The translations under genes and the position numbers were made by a program. Positions 47,170-56,162 of a stretch of DNA of 64,000 bases are shown one piece after another; the first letter of the stretch is position 1; each line of letters begins with the position of its first letter. This DNA is from an uncultured candidate division WWE3 bacterium (GTDB lineage: Bacteria > Patescibacteriota > WWE3 > UBA101185 > UBA10185). Below the pieces are notes generated by a model, which was not told where the DNA came from, made no database searches, and saw only the letters and a list, made by a program, of their open reading frames with translations. Where the stretch lies: the NCBI GenBank assembly GCA_903879985.1, contig CAIRNR010000007.1, forward strand, positions 649,925 through 713,924, read 5' to 3'.

Positions 47170-48224
47170 CTATTTATATAGTATAGGGTAATCGAAAGGT
47201 CAATCAAGTTACATACGCCATCATTGTTGATATCGCAGTCTTTTGTTTCTCCGGCTCTCCACCCTGTTACCCAAGTTTTTACGACTTCGTATACTTCTGT
47301 GATTTCAATTTTATGGTCACCGTTTCTGTCGAGGTGTGGAAATAATTTTACAAGTGGATTGATATATGGCGTTGGTGTTGGTGCTTCCTGTGCAATTTGC
47401 TCGGCGGTTAGTGCTTCAGCTGTTGTCGGCGTAGGCGTTGGATTATCGGGGACTGTTTCTTCCTCGTCGTGATGAGGCGTTGGAGTCGGCGTAGGAGATG
47501 GTAATGGATTATTTATTTTTAAATACACTGCCCTACTCGTTTCGCTGTTGTATGTTTGGTATTCAGTTATCGCATTTATTGTATTAGTAGCCAAATAACC
47601 GGGAATAGATTTTGTGTCTATAGCTAAACTCCATGTTCCGTCGCTTCCCGAAGGTATTGCCCCAAAAATTGTGCCGTTGATAAAAACTGTAACGTTAGCA
47701 TTAGGTACGGTGGCACCACTGACGCTTGCGCTGTCACCATAAGTAGTTTCTGCTAAATCAATTCTTATGGTTGGTGGTAATACAATGTTGTTGATTGTTT
47801 CATCCAAACCAGGTTGTGTGGCTATGCTGTAATTAATTGTGGGAGTTGTTAAAAAGTTTGGGTCTGTTTCATACATACTTATATATTGAATGTCGCTGTC
47901 AAAGCCCGAAAATGATTTTGAAAAATTTCCATCAGCATCCGTAGTTGTAGTCCCGATAGTGCTTCCATTTTGCACAAAAGTAACAACGGAAAGTGGTGCG
48001 CCTTTTCCGTTAAATATGATATTTGAAGAACCAACTCTTACTGTTAAATTTATTTGTGTTTCGGCTCTTGCTCTTCCCAGTGTGAAAGCTAATAGCAGCA
48101 CTACAATTGCAACCACTGGTATAACATAAAAGCTTCTGTGGGCCATTGCACTAATCTTATAATTTTTAGTTGGATTATTCCAGATTCTCTGCGATTTCAA
48201 ACTCTTCTTTTGCGAGCATTGCAA
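47166..48224 (-). CDS. secreted protein with Ig-like/CarboxypepD_reg-like repeats, Pro/Thr linker and C-terminal dockerin-like Ca-binding repeats
   Basis: Signal anchor. 'DADGNFS' and 'SDGTWS' beta-sandwich repeats. Linker 'PSPTPTPTP'. C-terminal duplicated 'DRNGDHKIEITE' and 'DINNDGVCNLIDL' follow the D-x-N-x-D-G pattern. Confidence 0.5.
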   Translation of the reverse strand: MQCSQKKSLKSQRIWNNPTKNYKISAMAHRSFYVIPVVAIVVLLLAFTLGRARAETQINLTVRVGSSNIIFNGKGAPLSVVTFVQNGSTIGTTTTDADGNFSKSFSGFDSDIQYISMYETDPNFLTTPTINYSIATQPGLDETINNIVLPPTIRIDLAETTYGDSASVSGATVPNANVTVFINGTIFGAIPSGSDGTWSLAIDTKSIPGYLATNTINAITEYQTYNSETSRAVYLKINNPLPSPTPTPTPHHDEEETVPDNPTPTPTTAEALTAEQIAQEAPTPTPYINPLVKLFPHLDRNGDHKIEITEVYEVVKTWVTGWRAGETKDCDINNDGVCNLIDLSITLYYINR

Positions 48225-50754
48225 TTGAAGTTATCTTGTCACCGGGATCTAAACGCATAAGTCTTACACCTTGTGTGGCACGACCTATTGTTGGTATTTG
48301 TTTTGTAGAAAGTCTTAAAATTTTTCCGTCTTTTGTAGCTATTAATACATCGGCATCTAATCCGTGTTCCAAAGCTCTTGCGGAAATAAGGTGTCCTGTT
48401 TTTTCTGTGACTTTGTAAGTAAGAATTCCCGAGCCTGCGCGATTTTGAACTTTGTATTCGGTGGTAGGTGTTTTTTTGCCATATCCTAGGTCGGAAACTG
48501 TGAATAGATCAATATTTGTAATCCTACTTGGAATAATTACTGTACCAACAACGTAGTCTTCTCCTTTTGATAATTTTATTCCGGTTACACCTGCGGCTGC
48601 TCTTCCCATGGCGCGAACGTCGTCTTCACTAAATCTTATGGATTGTCCCTGACTTGTTGTTAATAGAATTGCGTCTTTACCTGATGTTAAACCGGCAAAT
48701 ACCAAACTATCTTTATCTTCAAGTCTTAAGGCCAAAATGCCTGATGATCTAATATTAGAAAATTCTTCTAGTGGTGTCTTTTTAACAACACCTTTATGTG
48801 TAACAAAGAATACGAATCCGTTGGCTTCATCCATTTCGGTCATACTCAAGGTTAAAAATGCTTCAACTTTTTCTTCTTGTCCCATGCTCAAAAAGTTAAC
48901 AAGTGGTGTTCCTTTTGCAGTTCTGGAAGATTCTGGAATATCCCAAATACGCATTTTGTAAACTTTACCTTTGTTAGTAAAGAACAATGCCCAGTCGTGT
49001 GTTGAACAAATCTTTATTGTGTTTACGCGGTCTTCGTCGCGGAGTTGTTGTCCTGTTACGCCTTTTCCTCCTCTACCCTGTTTGCGATATGTATCTTCTT
49101 TAAGTCTTTTAATGTAGCCACTTTCGGAGATTGTAACGATTCCTGTTTCATCAACAATTAAATCTTCGTCACTTAGTTCGCCGATTTTTGCTTTAATAAC
49201 CTTAGTTTTTCTTGTATCACCAAATTTAGTTTTCAAATCGTTTAGTTCTTGTTGAACTGTTTCAATAATCTTTACTGGAGAGGCTAATAAGGTCTCATAA
49301 CCATGTATTGTTTCTTGGATTTGCTTAAGTTCATCTTCTATCTTTTTGCGTTCAAGTGCTGCAAGTCGGCGTAATTGCATATCTAAGATTGCTTGAGCTT
49401 GTAGGTCTGACAATTTGAATCTTGTCATTAATCCTGATTTAGCTGCGTCGGCATCTTTGCTTGCACGGATTAACGCAATTACTTCATCTAAGAAATCTAA
49501 AGCAATCTTAAGACCCTGTAGTATATGCTCGCGTTCTTTGGCACGTCTGAGTAGGTATATAGTTCTTTTAACTACTACTTGTTGTCTGTGCTTGATAAAC
49601 TCTTCCAAAATTCTTTTTAATGGGAAAAGCAAAGGTTCGTTATCGAGTAGTGCTACAAAGTTTCCGTTAAAGGTTGTTTGTAATTGAGTATATTTATATA
49701 GCTGATTTTGGATTTTCTTTACAACGGCGTCGCGTTTAAGTTCAATAACGATTCTAATACCTTCTTTGTTGGATTCATCGCGTAAGTCTGAAATGCCTTC
49801 GATCTTTTTGTCTTTAACTAAGTCAGCGATTTTGGATATAAGCGTTGATTTGTTGACCATGTATGGAATTTCGGTGACAACTATTTTAATCTTTTCAGCT
49901 TTTCCTTCTTCCACTTCGATTTTTGCGCGTTGTACTACCCTACCCTTACCTGTTGCGTACATCTGCATGATTTCTTTTTGATCGTAAATTGTACAACCGG
50001 TTGGAAAATCAGGACCTTTTATATATTGCATTAAATCTTCTACTGTAGCCGAGGATGAAAAATCTATTTTAGCTATTTGTGATTCATCAGTTTTGTCTGG
50101 GCCTGTTCCTATAGTCTCTGCCTTCTCAATGAGTAAATTTATTCCATCTATGATTTCACCTAAATTTTGTGGTGGAATGTTAGTAGCCATACCAACTGCG
50201 ATACCTGTGGTACCGTTTAGTAATAGATTTGGTAATAATGATGGTAAATAAGCTGGTTCGTAGTTTTGAAGATCGTTCATTATAAAATCAACGGTCTCTT
50301 TATCAATATCTCCATATAATTCTTCTGAAATTTTTTGGAGTTTACACTCAGTGTATCTCATTGCTGCTGGCGGATCTCCGTCGACACTACCAAAGTTTCC
50401 TTGTGGCCAAATGAGTGGATATCTTAAATTAAAGTCTTGTCCCATACGTACCAAAGCGTCGTAAATGGAAGTATCTCCGTGTGGGTGATACTTTTTCATG
50501 ACTTCTCCGATAATGGCCGCGCATTTTTGAAACTTACCACTGGCTACAACATTTTGATCTTGCATTGCGTATACAACACGTCGTTGAACAGGTTTAAGTC
50601 CATCTCGTACGTCGGGTAAAGCTCTTGAGACAATAACACTCATTGCGTAATCTAGGTACGCGCTTTGCATTTCATCACCAATGTCTGTTTGGAATATTCC
50701 TTGTCTATCGTCGAACTCTTCATTTTTTGCTAGAGCGTTAATTCTTTCTGACAT
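48175..50754 (-). CDS. gyrA: DNA gyrase subunit A
   Basis: 'AAMRYTECKLQKISEEL' lies near the active-site Tyr. C-terminal beta-pinwheel repeats are present. Length is 859 aa. Confidence 0.9.
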   Translation of the reverse strand: MSERINALAKNEEFDDRQGIFQTDIGDEMQSAYLDYAMSVIVSRALPDVRDGLKPVQRRVVYAMQDQNVVASGKFQKCAAIIGEVMKKYHPHGDTSIYDALVRMGQDFNLRYPLIWPQGNFGSVDGDPPAAMRYTECKLQKISEELYGDIDKETVDFIMNDLQNYEPAYLPSLLPNLLLNGTTGIAVGMATNIPPQNLGEIIDGINLLIEKAETIGTGPDKTDESQIAKIDFSSSATVEDLMQYIKGPDFPTGCTIYDQKEIMQMYATGKGRVVQRAKIEVEEGKAEKIKIVVTEIPYMVNKSTLISKIADLVKDKKIEGISDLRDESNKEGIRIVIELKRDAVVKKIQNQLYKYTQLQTTFNGNFVALLDNEPLLFPLKRILEEFIKHRQQVVVKRTIYLLRRAKEREHILQGLKIALDFLDEVIALIRASKDADAAKSGLMTRFKLSDLQAQAILDMQLRRLAALERKKIEDELKQIQETIHGYETLLASPVKIIETVQQELNDLKTKFGDTRKTKVIKAKIGELSDEDLIVDETGIVTISESGYIKRLKEDTYRKQGRGGKGVTGQQLRDEDRVNTIKICSTHDWALFFTNKGKVYKMRIWDIPESSRTAKGTPLVNFLSMGQEEKVEAFLTLSMTEMDEANGFVFFVTHKGVVKKTPLEEFSNIRSSGILALRLEDKDSLVFAGLTSGKDAILLTTSQGQSIRFSEDDVRAMGRAAAGVTGIKLSKGEDYVVGTVIIPSRITNIDLFTVSDLGYGKKTPTTEYKVQNRAGSGILTYKVTEKTGHLISARALEHGLDADVLIATKDGKILRLSTKQIPTIGRATQGVRLMRLDPGDKITSIAMLAKEEFEIAENLE

Positions 50755-50828
50755 AACTCGGTAAGTATATCAGGTTTTGGTTGGGTGTAAAAGGGGTCTT
50801 TTGGCGTTATAGTAAGGAATATTGGACT

Positions 50829-50867
50829 AAAAAACCTCGAGTGTTTTTTACGCACCCGAGGTTTTTC
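50829..50867 (-). terminator. bidirectional intrinsic terminator downstream of the H+-PPase gene
   Basis: AAAAAACCTCGagtgttttttacgcacCCGAGGTTTTT: the stem is flanked by an A-run and a T-run. Confidence 0.55.
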
Positions 50868-50892
50868 TTTATACTACTTGACGACTTTAAAC

Positions 50893-52917
50893 TTAAAGTC
50901 CGATCAAGATTATGATGGCTGGTGCTATTAAGAGCGCAACCATTTGAACAATCTTCATCATTGGGTTTAAAGCTGGACCAGCGGTATCTTTAAATGGATC
51001 ACCAACTGTATCACCGACAACTGCTGCTTTATGAGTGTCACTTCCTTTTCCGCCAAAATTTCCATCTTCAATGTACTTTTTAGCGTTGTCCCATGCACCA
51101 CCTGTGTTACACATAAACAAGGCGAGCATTAAACCGGAAATAACTGTACCTGCTAAAAATCCACCCAAAGCTTCGGCACCTAAAAGTCCTACTAATATTG
51201 GAGCTGCAATAACCATTGCTGCTGGTATTACTAATTCTTTTTGAGATGCTGATGTAACGATATCCACGGCTTTGGAATAATCTGGTAAAGCTGTGCCTTC
51301 CATGATGCCTGGAATTTCTCTGAATTGACGTCTAACTTCCTCGACAACTTGAAATGCTGCTCTACCTACTGCTGCGATTAATCTTGAACTAAACAAGAAT
51401 GGTAAGGCTCCTCCAATTAACGCACCTACGAAAACTTTTGGATTTGCGATATCAACTTTTGTAAGTCCTGTAACTTCAAAGTATGTAACAAAAAGTGAGC
51501 AAGCTGCAACGGCTGCTGAACCTACTGCGAATCCTTTTGTTAATGCTTTTGTTGTGTTACCTACTCCGTCTAATTTTCCTGTAACGTTTGCTGCACTTTC
51601 ACTTAAACCTGCCATTTCGCACATACCTTGTGCGTTATCAGCGATAGGTCCAAATGTATCCATAGACATAATTATGCCTGTGGTTGCGAGCATTCCCATT
51701 CCAACTAGTGAAATTCCGTAGAATCCCAATAAGGCATAACCTGCATATATTGATGCGGCTACGACCATTGCTGAAATGAATGTTGATTCCATTCCATAAC
51801 CAAGTCCGGCAATAAGGTTTGTACCGGCTCCGGTTTTTGAAGCTGAGGCAATGCCAACTACTGGGCCTTCACCTGGTCCTGTGTAGTATTTTGTGATGAA
51901 TAACAAAGCAATCATTGCGAGTAATCCCACGACGGCTGCATAACCAGCTCTAATATCGCCCAACAAGTAAACGGCCAAGACCATGAATATAGCAATGGCT
52001 GAAACTGCTGAAACGATGAAACCGCGGATTAATGGATTAATTGGATTTTCCTGGTCATTTTTTGCTTTAACAAAGAATGTACCCAAGATTGATGTCCAGG
52101 TTGCTGCGGCTCTTGCTAAAAGTGGGAATACCACACCTTTAAGACCAAATAAGCTTCCGCCTAAGATCATAGCGGCAACAACTGTAAGTTCGTAAGATTC
52201 AAAGATATCTGCGGCCATACCTGCGCAGTCACCAACATTATCGCCAACGTTGTCGGCAATAACGGCTGCATTTCTAGGATCGTCTTCAGGAATACCTTTT
52301 TCAACTTTTCCTACTAAATCTGCGCCTACGTCTGCGGCTTTAGTGAAGATTCCGCCTCCGACTCTCATGAACAAAGCCAAAAGTGTGGCACCAAATCCGT
52401 AAGTAATCAAAACACTTGTTGCGTGTTTGGCTACTGCGTCAGCACCTAAATGGATATTTGTGAAATAAGAGTATGCATAAATTAAGGAAACGCCTAAAAG
52501 TCCAAGACCAACAACAAGCATTCCGTTTACAGTTCCTGCACCGAAAGCTACTTGCAGCGCTGGGTTTAAACCTTTTAAGGCTGCGTTTGCTGTTCTAACG
52601 TTTGCTTTAACAGCAATCCACATTCCTAAATAACCAATAAGTGCACTAGAACCTGCACCTAGTAAAAACAATATAGCTCTTTCTATTCCTAGGGTAAGAG
52701 CAATAATTACAGCTAACACTCCCATTAATGGGAAAACCACTTTGAACTGGCGCTTTAAGTAGGCCATAGCTCCATCACTGACTGCTTTGGCTATACTCTT
52801 AAGCTTATCGCTGCCTTCGTCTTCGGCTATTACTTTTTTGGTAAGGTAAAAACCGTAAGCCAATGCGCATATAGCGGTAAGAGGCGCAGTAAAAAGGGCA
52901 ATTACTTGAATGTCCAT
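50893..52917 (-). CDS. hppA: membrane-bound proton/sodium-translocating pyrophosphatase
   Basis: 'DNVGDNVGDCAGMAAD' and 'GDTVGDPFKDTAGP' match H+-PPase signature motifs. About 16 TM helices. Confidence 0.85.
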   Translation of the reverse strand: MDIQVIALFTAPLTAICALAYGFYLTKKVIAEDEGSDKLKSIAKAVSDGAMAYLKRQFKVVFPLMGVLAVIIALTLGIERAILFLLGAGSSALIGYLGMWIAVKANVRTANAALKGLNPALQVAFGAGTVNGMLVVGLGLLGVSLIYAYSYFTNIHLGADAVAKHATSVLITYGFGATLLALFMRVGGGIFTKAADVGADLVGKVEKGIPEDDPRNAAVIADNVGDNVGDCAGMAADIFESYELTVVAAMILGGSLFGLKGVVFPLLARAAATWTSILGTFFVKAKNDQENPINPLIRGFIVSAVSAIAIFMVLAVYLLGDIRAGYAAVVGLLAMIALLFITKYYTGPGEGPVVGIASASKTGAGTNLIAGLGYGMESTFISAMVVAASIYAGYALLGFYGISLVGMGMLATTGIIMSMDTFGPIADNAQGMCEMAGLSESAANVTGKLDGVGNTTKALTKGFAVGSAAVAACSLFVTYFEVTGLTKVDIANPKVFVGALIGGALPFLFSSRLIAAVGRAAFQVVEEVRRQFREIPGIMEGTALPDYSKAVDIVTSASQKELVIPAAMVIAAPILVGLLGAEALGGFLAGTVISGLMLALFMCNTGGAWDNAKKYIEDGNFGGKGSDTHKAAVVGDTVGDPFKDTAGPALNPMMKIVQMVALLIAPAIIILIGL

Positions 52918-53020
52918 TTTGTCCTCCTGTTTAAAAAATTTCTACAACAATTCCTAGGCCAAATTAATGGCCGGATTAGGCTATTTTATACGCTAATGTG
53001 GCTTTTAGGCAAGGTTTGAT

Positions 53021-53332
53021 TTATAGCCACTTGTTTATTGGGAATTTTGGTTCAACTATTTCGGTTTCGTCGACAGGTTTTTGTTTTAGAATTTTCTTTT
53101 TTGGTGTGGGTTTAGGAGGTTTGGGAGTTCTATCTGCTATTTCTCTTATAAGGCCGTGGATTCTATTTAGTAATACACGCTCCTTTTGGTCCCAGTAATC
53201 GTAAGCAAAATTTTCGCGGAGATCTTTGTTTTCGTCGGCGGCCAGGCCTTTTTCAAATGTGGCGTCGGCCAGCTCTTGTTTTAATTCGGTAATCTTTTGT
53301 CTTAAGTTTTCAATGCTATCAGTCTCGTTCAT
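53021..53332 (-). CDS. GreA/GreB N-terminal coiled-coil-only protein (Gre-factor-like, lacks FKBP-like C-domain)
   Basis: 'LRQKITELKQEL...KDLRENFAYDYWDQKERVLLNRIHGLIREI' parallels GreA '[30 protein letters not shown]', including the acidic tip D/E. The tail is Lys/Pro-rich. Confidence 0.45.
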   Translation of the reverse strand: MNETDSIENLRQKITELKQELADATFEKGLAADENKDLRENFAYDYWDQKERVLLNRIHGLIREIADRTPKPPKPTPKKKILKQKPVDETEIVEPKFPINKWL

Positions 53333-53343
53333 ATACTTATTTA

Positions 53344-55332
53344 TTAAGTAATATCGATATTAGCGTCTTTTGCGTGTGTTTGAATAAATCTTTTTCTTGG
53401 AGCAACTTCTTCACCCATCAACATTGTGAACACTTCGTCGGCTTTTGCTGCGTCATTAACATTAATTTGCTTAAGATGTCGTGTTTGCGGATTCATGGTT
53501 GTTTCCCACAATTCTTCAGCATTCATTTCTCCTAATCCTTTAAAGCGCTGAATAATTGCTTTTTGTCCTTCAGGTCTTTTTAAAAATGCTTCTCTATCTT
53601 TATCGTCGAACAAATACTTTTTCTCTTTACCCCAAACAGCTTTGTACAATGGTGGTACAGCTACGTAAATATGTCCGCCCTGTAAAATTTCTGGCATATG
53701 TCTAAAAAAGAATGTTAAGTAAAGAGATGCAATATGTGAACCGTCGACGTCTGCATCAGACATTAAAATAACTTTGCTGTATCTGATCTTATCAGGATTA
53801 TATTGATCCCCTATTCCAGCACCGATGGCTATAATAAGAGCTTTAAACTTTTCTGAATCAACTATTTTGTCGAGTCTTGCACGTTCAGTGTTTAAGACCT
53901 TACCAAAAATTGGCAGGATTGCTTGATAGTCACGGTTACGCCCTTGCTTTGCTGAACCACCTGCAGAATCTCCTTCTACGATAAAGATTTCTGTGCGTGA
54001 TGGATCTTTTTTAGAACAGTCGGCTAGTTTTCCTGGTAACACTCCCCCACCTTCAAGTGCGGTCTTACGTATAACTGTGTCTCTAGCTGCTTTTGCTGCC
54101 ATTCTGGCTTTAAGTGCGAGAATATTTTTTTCAACAATGCCTTGAGCATCGCGAGGAAATTCGTTAAAGAAAGTTGTCATTGCATCTTTTACAACGTTTT
54201 CAACAGCAGTTCTTACATTTGTATTACCAAGCTTCGCTTTTGTTTGACCTTCGAACTGTAAAGTGGCTGAATCTAACTTAATTGAAATGATTGCTGTTAA
54301 ACCTTCGCGCAAATCATCGCCTGACAAGTTGGCATCTTTTTCTTTTAAGTAACCTTTTTCTCTCGCGTAGTCGTTAACGGCTTTTGTTAAAGCTGATCTG
54401 AAACCTGTTAAATGTGTTCCACCTTCGGAGTTTTTTAAATGGTTTGCAAAAGTTAAAACAGTTTCAGTAAAAGAATCGTTGTATTGCATCGCAGCCTCAA
54501 CGGTTACGTCATCGTATTCTTTTTTAACGTAGAAAATATTTTCGTTTAGTACTACTTTATTGTGATTAATAGCTTTAAGGTAAGCTTTTATGCCTCCCTC
54601 AAAATAAAATGTATAGGACTGATCGTTTTTTCTATCTATTATGTCGAATCTTATTCCAGCGGTAAGGTATGCATATTCTCTTAGTTGATTTACAAATTGT
54701 TTGTATTCAAAAGCCGTGGTTTCAAAAATTGTTTCATCCGGCATGAACTGAACAATAGTTCCGGATTCGTAATTCCATGATGCAACGTCCAAATCAAATG
54801 GAACGCCTTTAAGTTTAGAAATTGGTTTTGCAGGATTAAGTTTTTCAACAGGTCGTACAACATGTCCACCGTTTTCGTATTCTTGAATAACTACTTCGTC
54901 ACCACGTTTAACAACAACTCGGCACCATTTAGATAATGCGTTTACAACAGAAGAACCTACTCCGTGTAAACCACTTGAAACTTTATAACTTCCGCCGCCA
55001 AATTTACCGCCTGCATGTAATCGTGTGAAAGCAAGTTCAAGTCCTGAGACGCCATAACCTTTTTTTATTTCGTAAGGAATACCTCGACCGTTATCAAAAA
55101 CAGCAATAGAACCATCGGCCATTAAAATTAATTTAACGTGATTACAATAACCGGCGATTGCTTCGTCCATTGAGTTGTTTACGATTTCGGTTACAAGGTG
55201 ATGAAGTCCTTCAGATCCTGTGGATCCGATATACATTCCAGGTCTTTTTCTAACAGGCTCAAGACCTTCGAGCACCTGTATTTGGTCTGATGTGTATTCA
55301 TTGGCATTTGGCATAACTGAGCAATTGTACAT
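53344..55332 (-). CDS. gyrB: DNA gyrase subunit B
   Basis: GHKL ATPase 'LHHLVTEIVNNSMDEA' and the TOPRIM 'EGDSAGGSAKQGR'. Length is 662 aa. Confidence 0.9.
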   Translation of the reverse strand: MYNCSVMPNANEYTSDQIQVLEGLEPVRKRPGMYIGSTGSEGLHHLVTEIVNNSMDEAIAGYCNHVKLILMADGSIAVFDNGRGIPYEIKKGYGVSGLELAFTRLHAGGKFGGGSYKVSSGLHGVGSSVVNALSKWCRVVVKRGDEVVIQEYENGGHVVRPVEKLNPAKPISKLKGVPFDLDVASWNYESGTIVQFMPDETIFETTAFEYKQFVNQLREYAYLTAGIRFDIIDRKNDQSYTFYFEGGIKAYLKAINHNKVVLNENIFYVKKEYDDVTVEAAMQYNDSFTETVLTFANHLKNSEGGTHLTGFRSALTKAVNDYAREKGYLKEKDANLSGDDLREGLTAIISIKLDSATLQFEGQTKAKLGNTNVRTAVENVVKDAMTTFFNEFPRDAQGIVEKNILALKARMAAKAARDTVIRKTALEGGGVLPGKLADCSKKDPSRTEIFIVEGDSAGGSAKQGRNRDYQAILPIFGKVLNTERARLDKIVDSEKFKALIIAIGAGIGDQYNPDKIRYSKVILMSDADVDGSHIASLYLTFFFRHMPEILQGGHIYVAVPPLYKAVWGKEKKYLFDDKDREAFLKRPEGQKAIIQRFKGLGEMNAEELWETTMNPQTRHLKQINVNDAAKADEVFTMLMGEEVAPRKRFIQTHAKDANIDIT

Positions 55333-55388
55333 GTTTTTATACTCAGGAGCAATAGTTTACACGTTGTAATGACGGGATTTTTTGAGTG

Positions 55389-56084
55389 TTAGAGGTTAAT
55401 AATTAGTGACTCAATTGTGAGTCTAGTGTTGACGTTAAAGTTTTCAAGTTCGTATTTTGCGCCTGCCATGGAACGGATGTTTCCGCTGATTTTAACCCCA
55501 TGCACAGCACTTTTTTTCATTTCAACACGTGCTTCTGAAATCCAATTTTCAAGTTTATTTATAATAGTATCTTTCTCTTCCTTAGCCAGAATCTCTGCGA
55601 GATACAATCTTTCTCCTAGTGACATTCTTATTAATTTATTAAAATCAGCAAATATTTCGTCGTTACCTTCTAAAGACTGATTTCCCGTTACGGTAATTTT
55701 TCTGCACCTTGATATAACGGTTTCCAATAAATCTTTTTCAGTTTTTGCACTTAAAATTACGATAGCGTAGTCCGGAGCTTCCTCCAAGGTTTTCAATAAG
55801 GCATTTTGTGCATCCAAAGTTAATTTATCTGAATTGTCTATTAATAGTATTTTGTATTTGTGGCTAAAGGGTTTTTCTTGCAAAAATTTTATTTCTGTTT
55901 TAACCTCGGCAATGCCAATAGATTTCTTATCCGGCAACATTTCCACCGTTTGTAAATCAGGGTTTATTTCTCCAAGTTTTATATCGGCGCTAACATCTGC
56001 AAGTAATTCATTAACTCTTACTCTTCTATCTTCTTTTGTTCCCCCACTAACTAAATATGATCCGTGCATGTACCTATTATACAT
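55389..56084 (-). CDS. holB: DNA polymerase III delta-prime-like clamp-loader subunit (short)
   Basis: AAA+-like fold without a Walker A motif. 'ILLIDNSDKLTLDAQNALLKTLEEAP' has a sensor-1/box VII-like context. Confidence 0.55.
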   Translation of the reverse strand: MYNRYMHGSYLVSGGTKEDRRVRVNELLADVSADIKLGEINPDLQTVEMLPDKKSIGIAEVKTEIKFLQEKPFSHKYKILLIDNSDKLTLDAQNALLKTLEEAPDYAIVILSAKTEKDLLETVISRCRKITVTGNQSLEGNDEIFADFNKLIRMSLGERLYLAEILAKEEKDTIINKLENWISEARVEMKKSAVHGVKISGNIRSMAGAKYELENFNVNTRLTIESLIINL

Positions 56085-56162
56085 TTCTTAGTTATTTGCT
56101 AAATTATTCTTGTTGAACTCGTACACATATATTGTTAACATTAAGTTAGAGAAAACTGCCCT

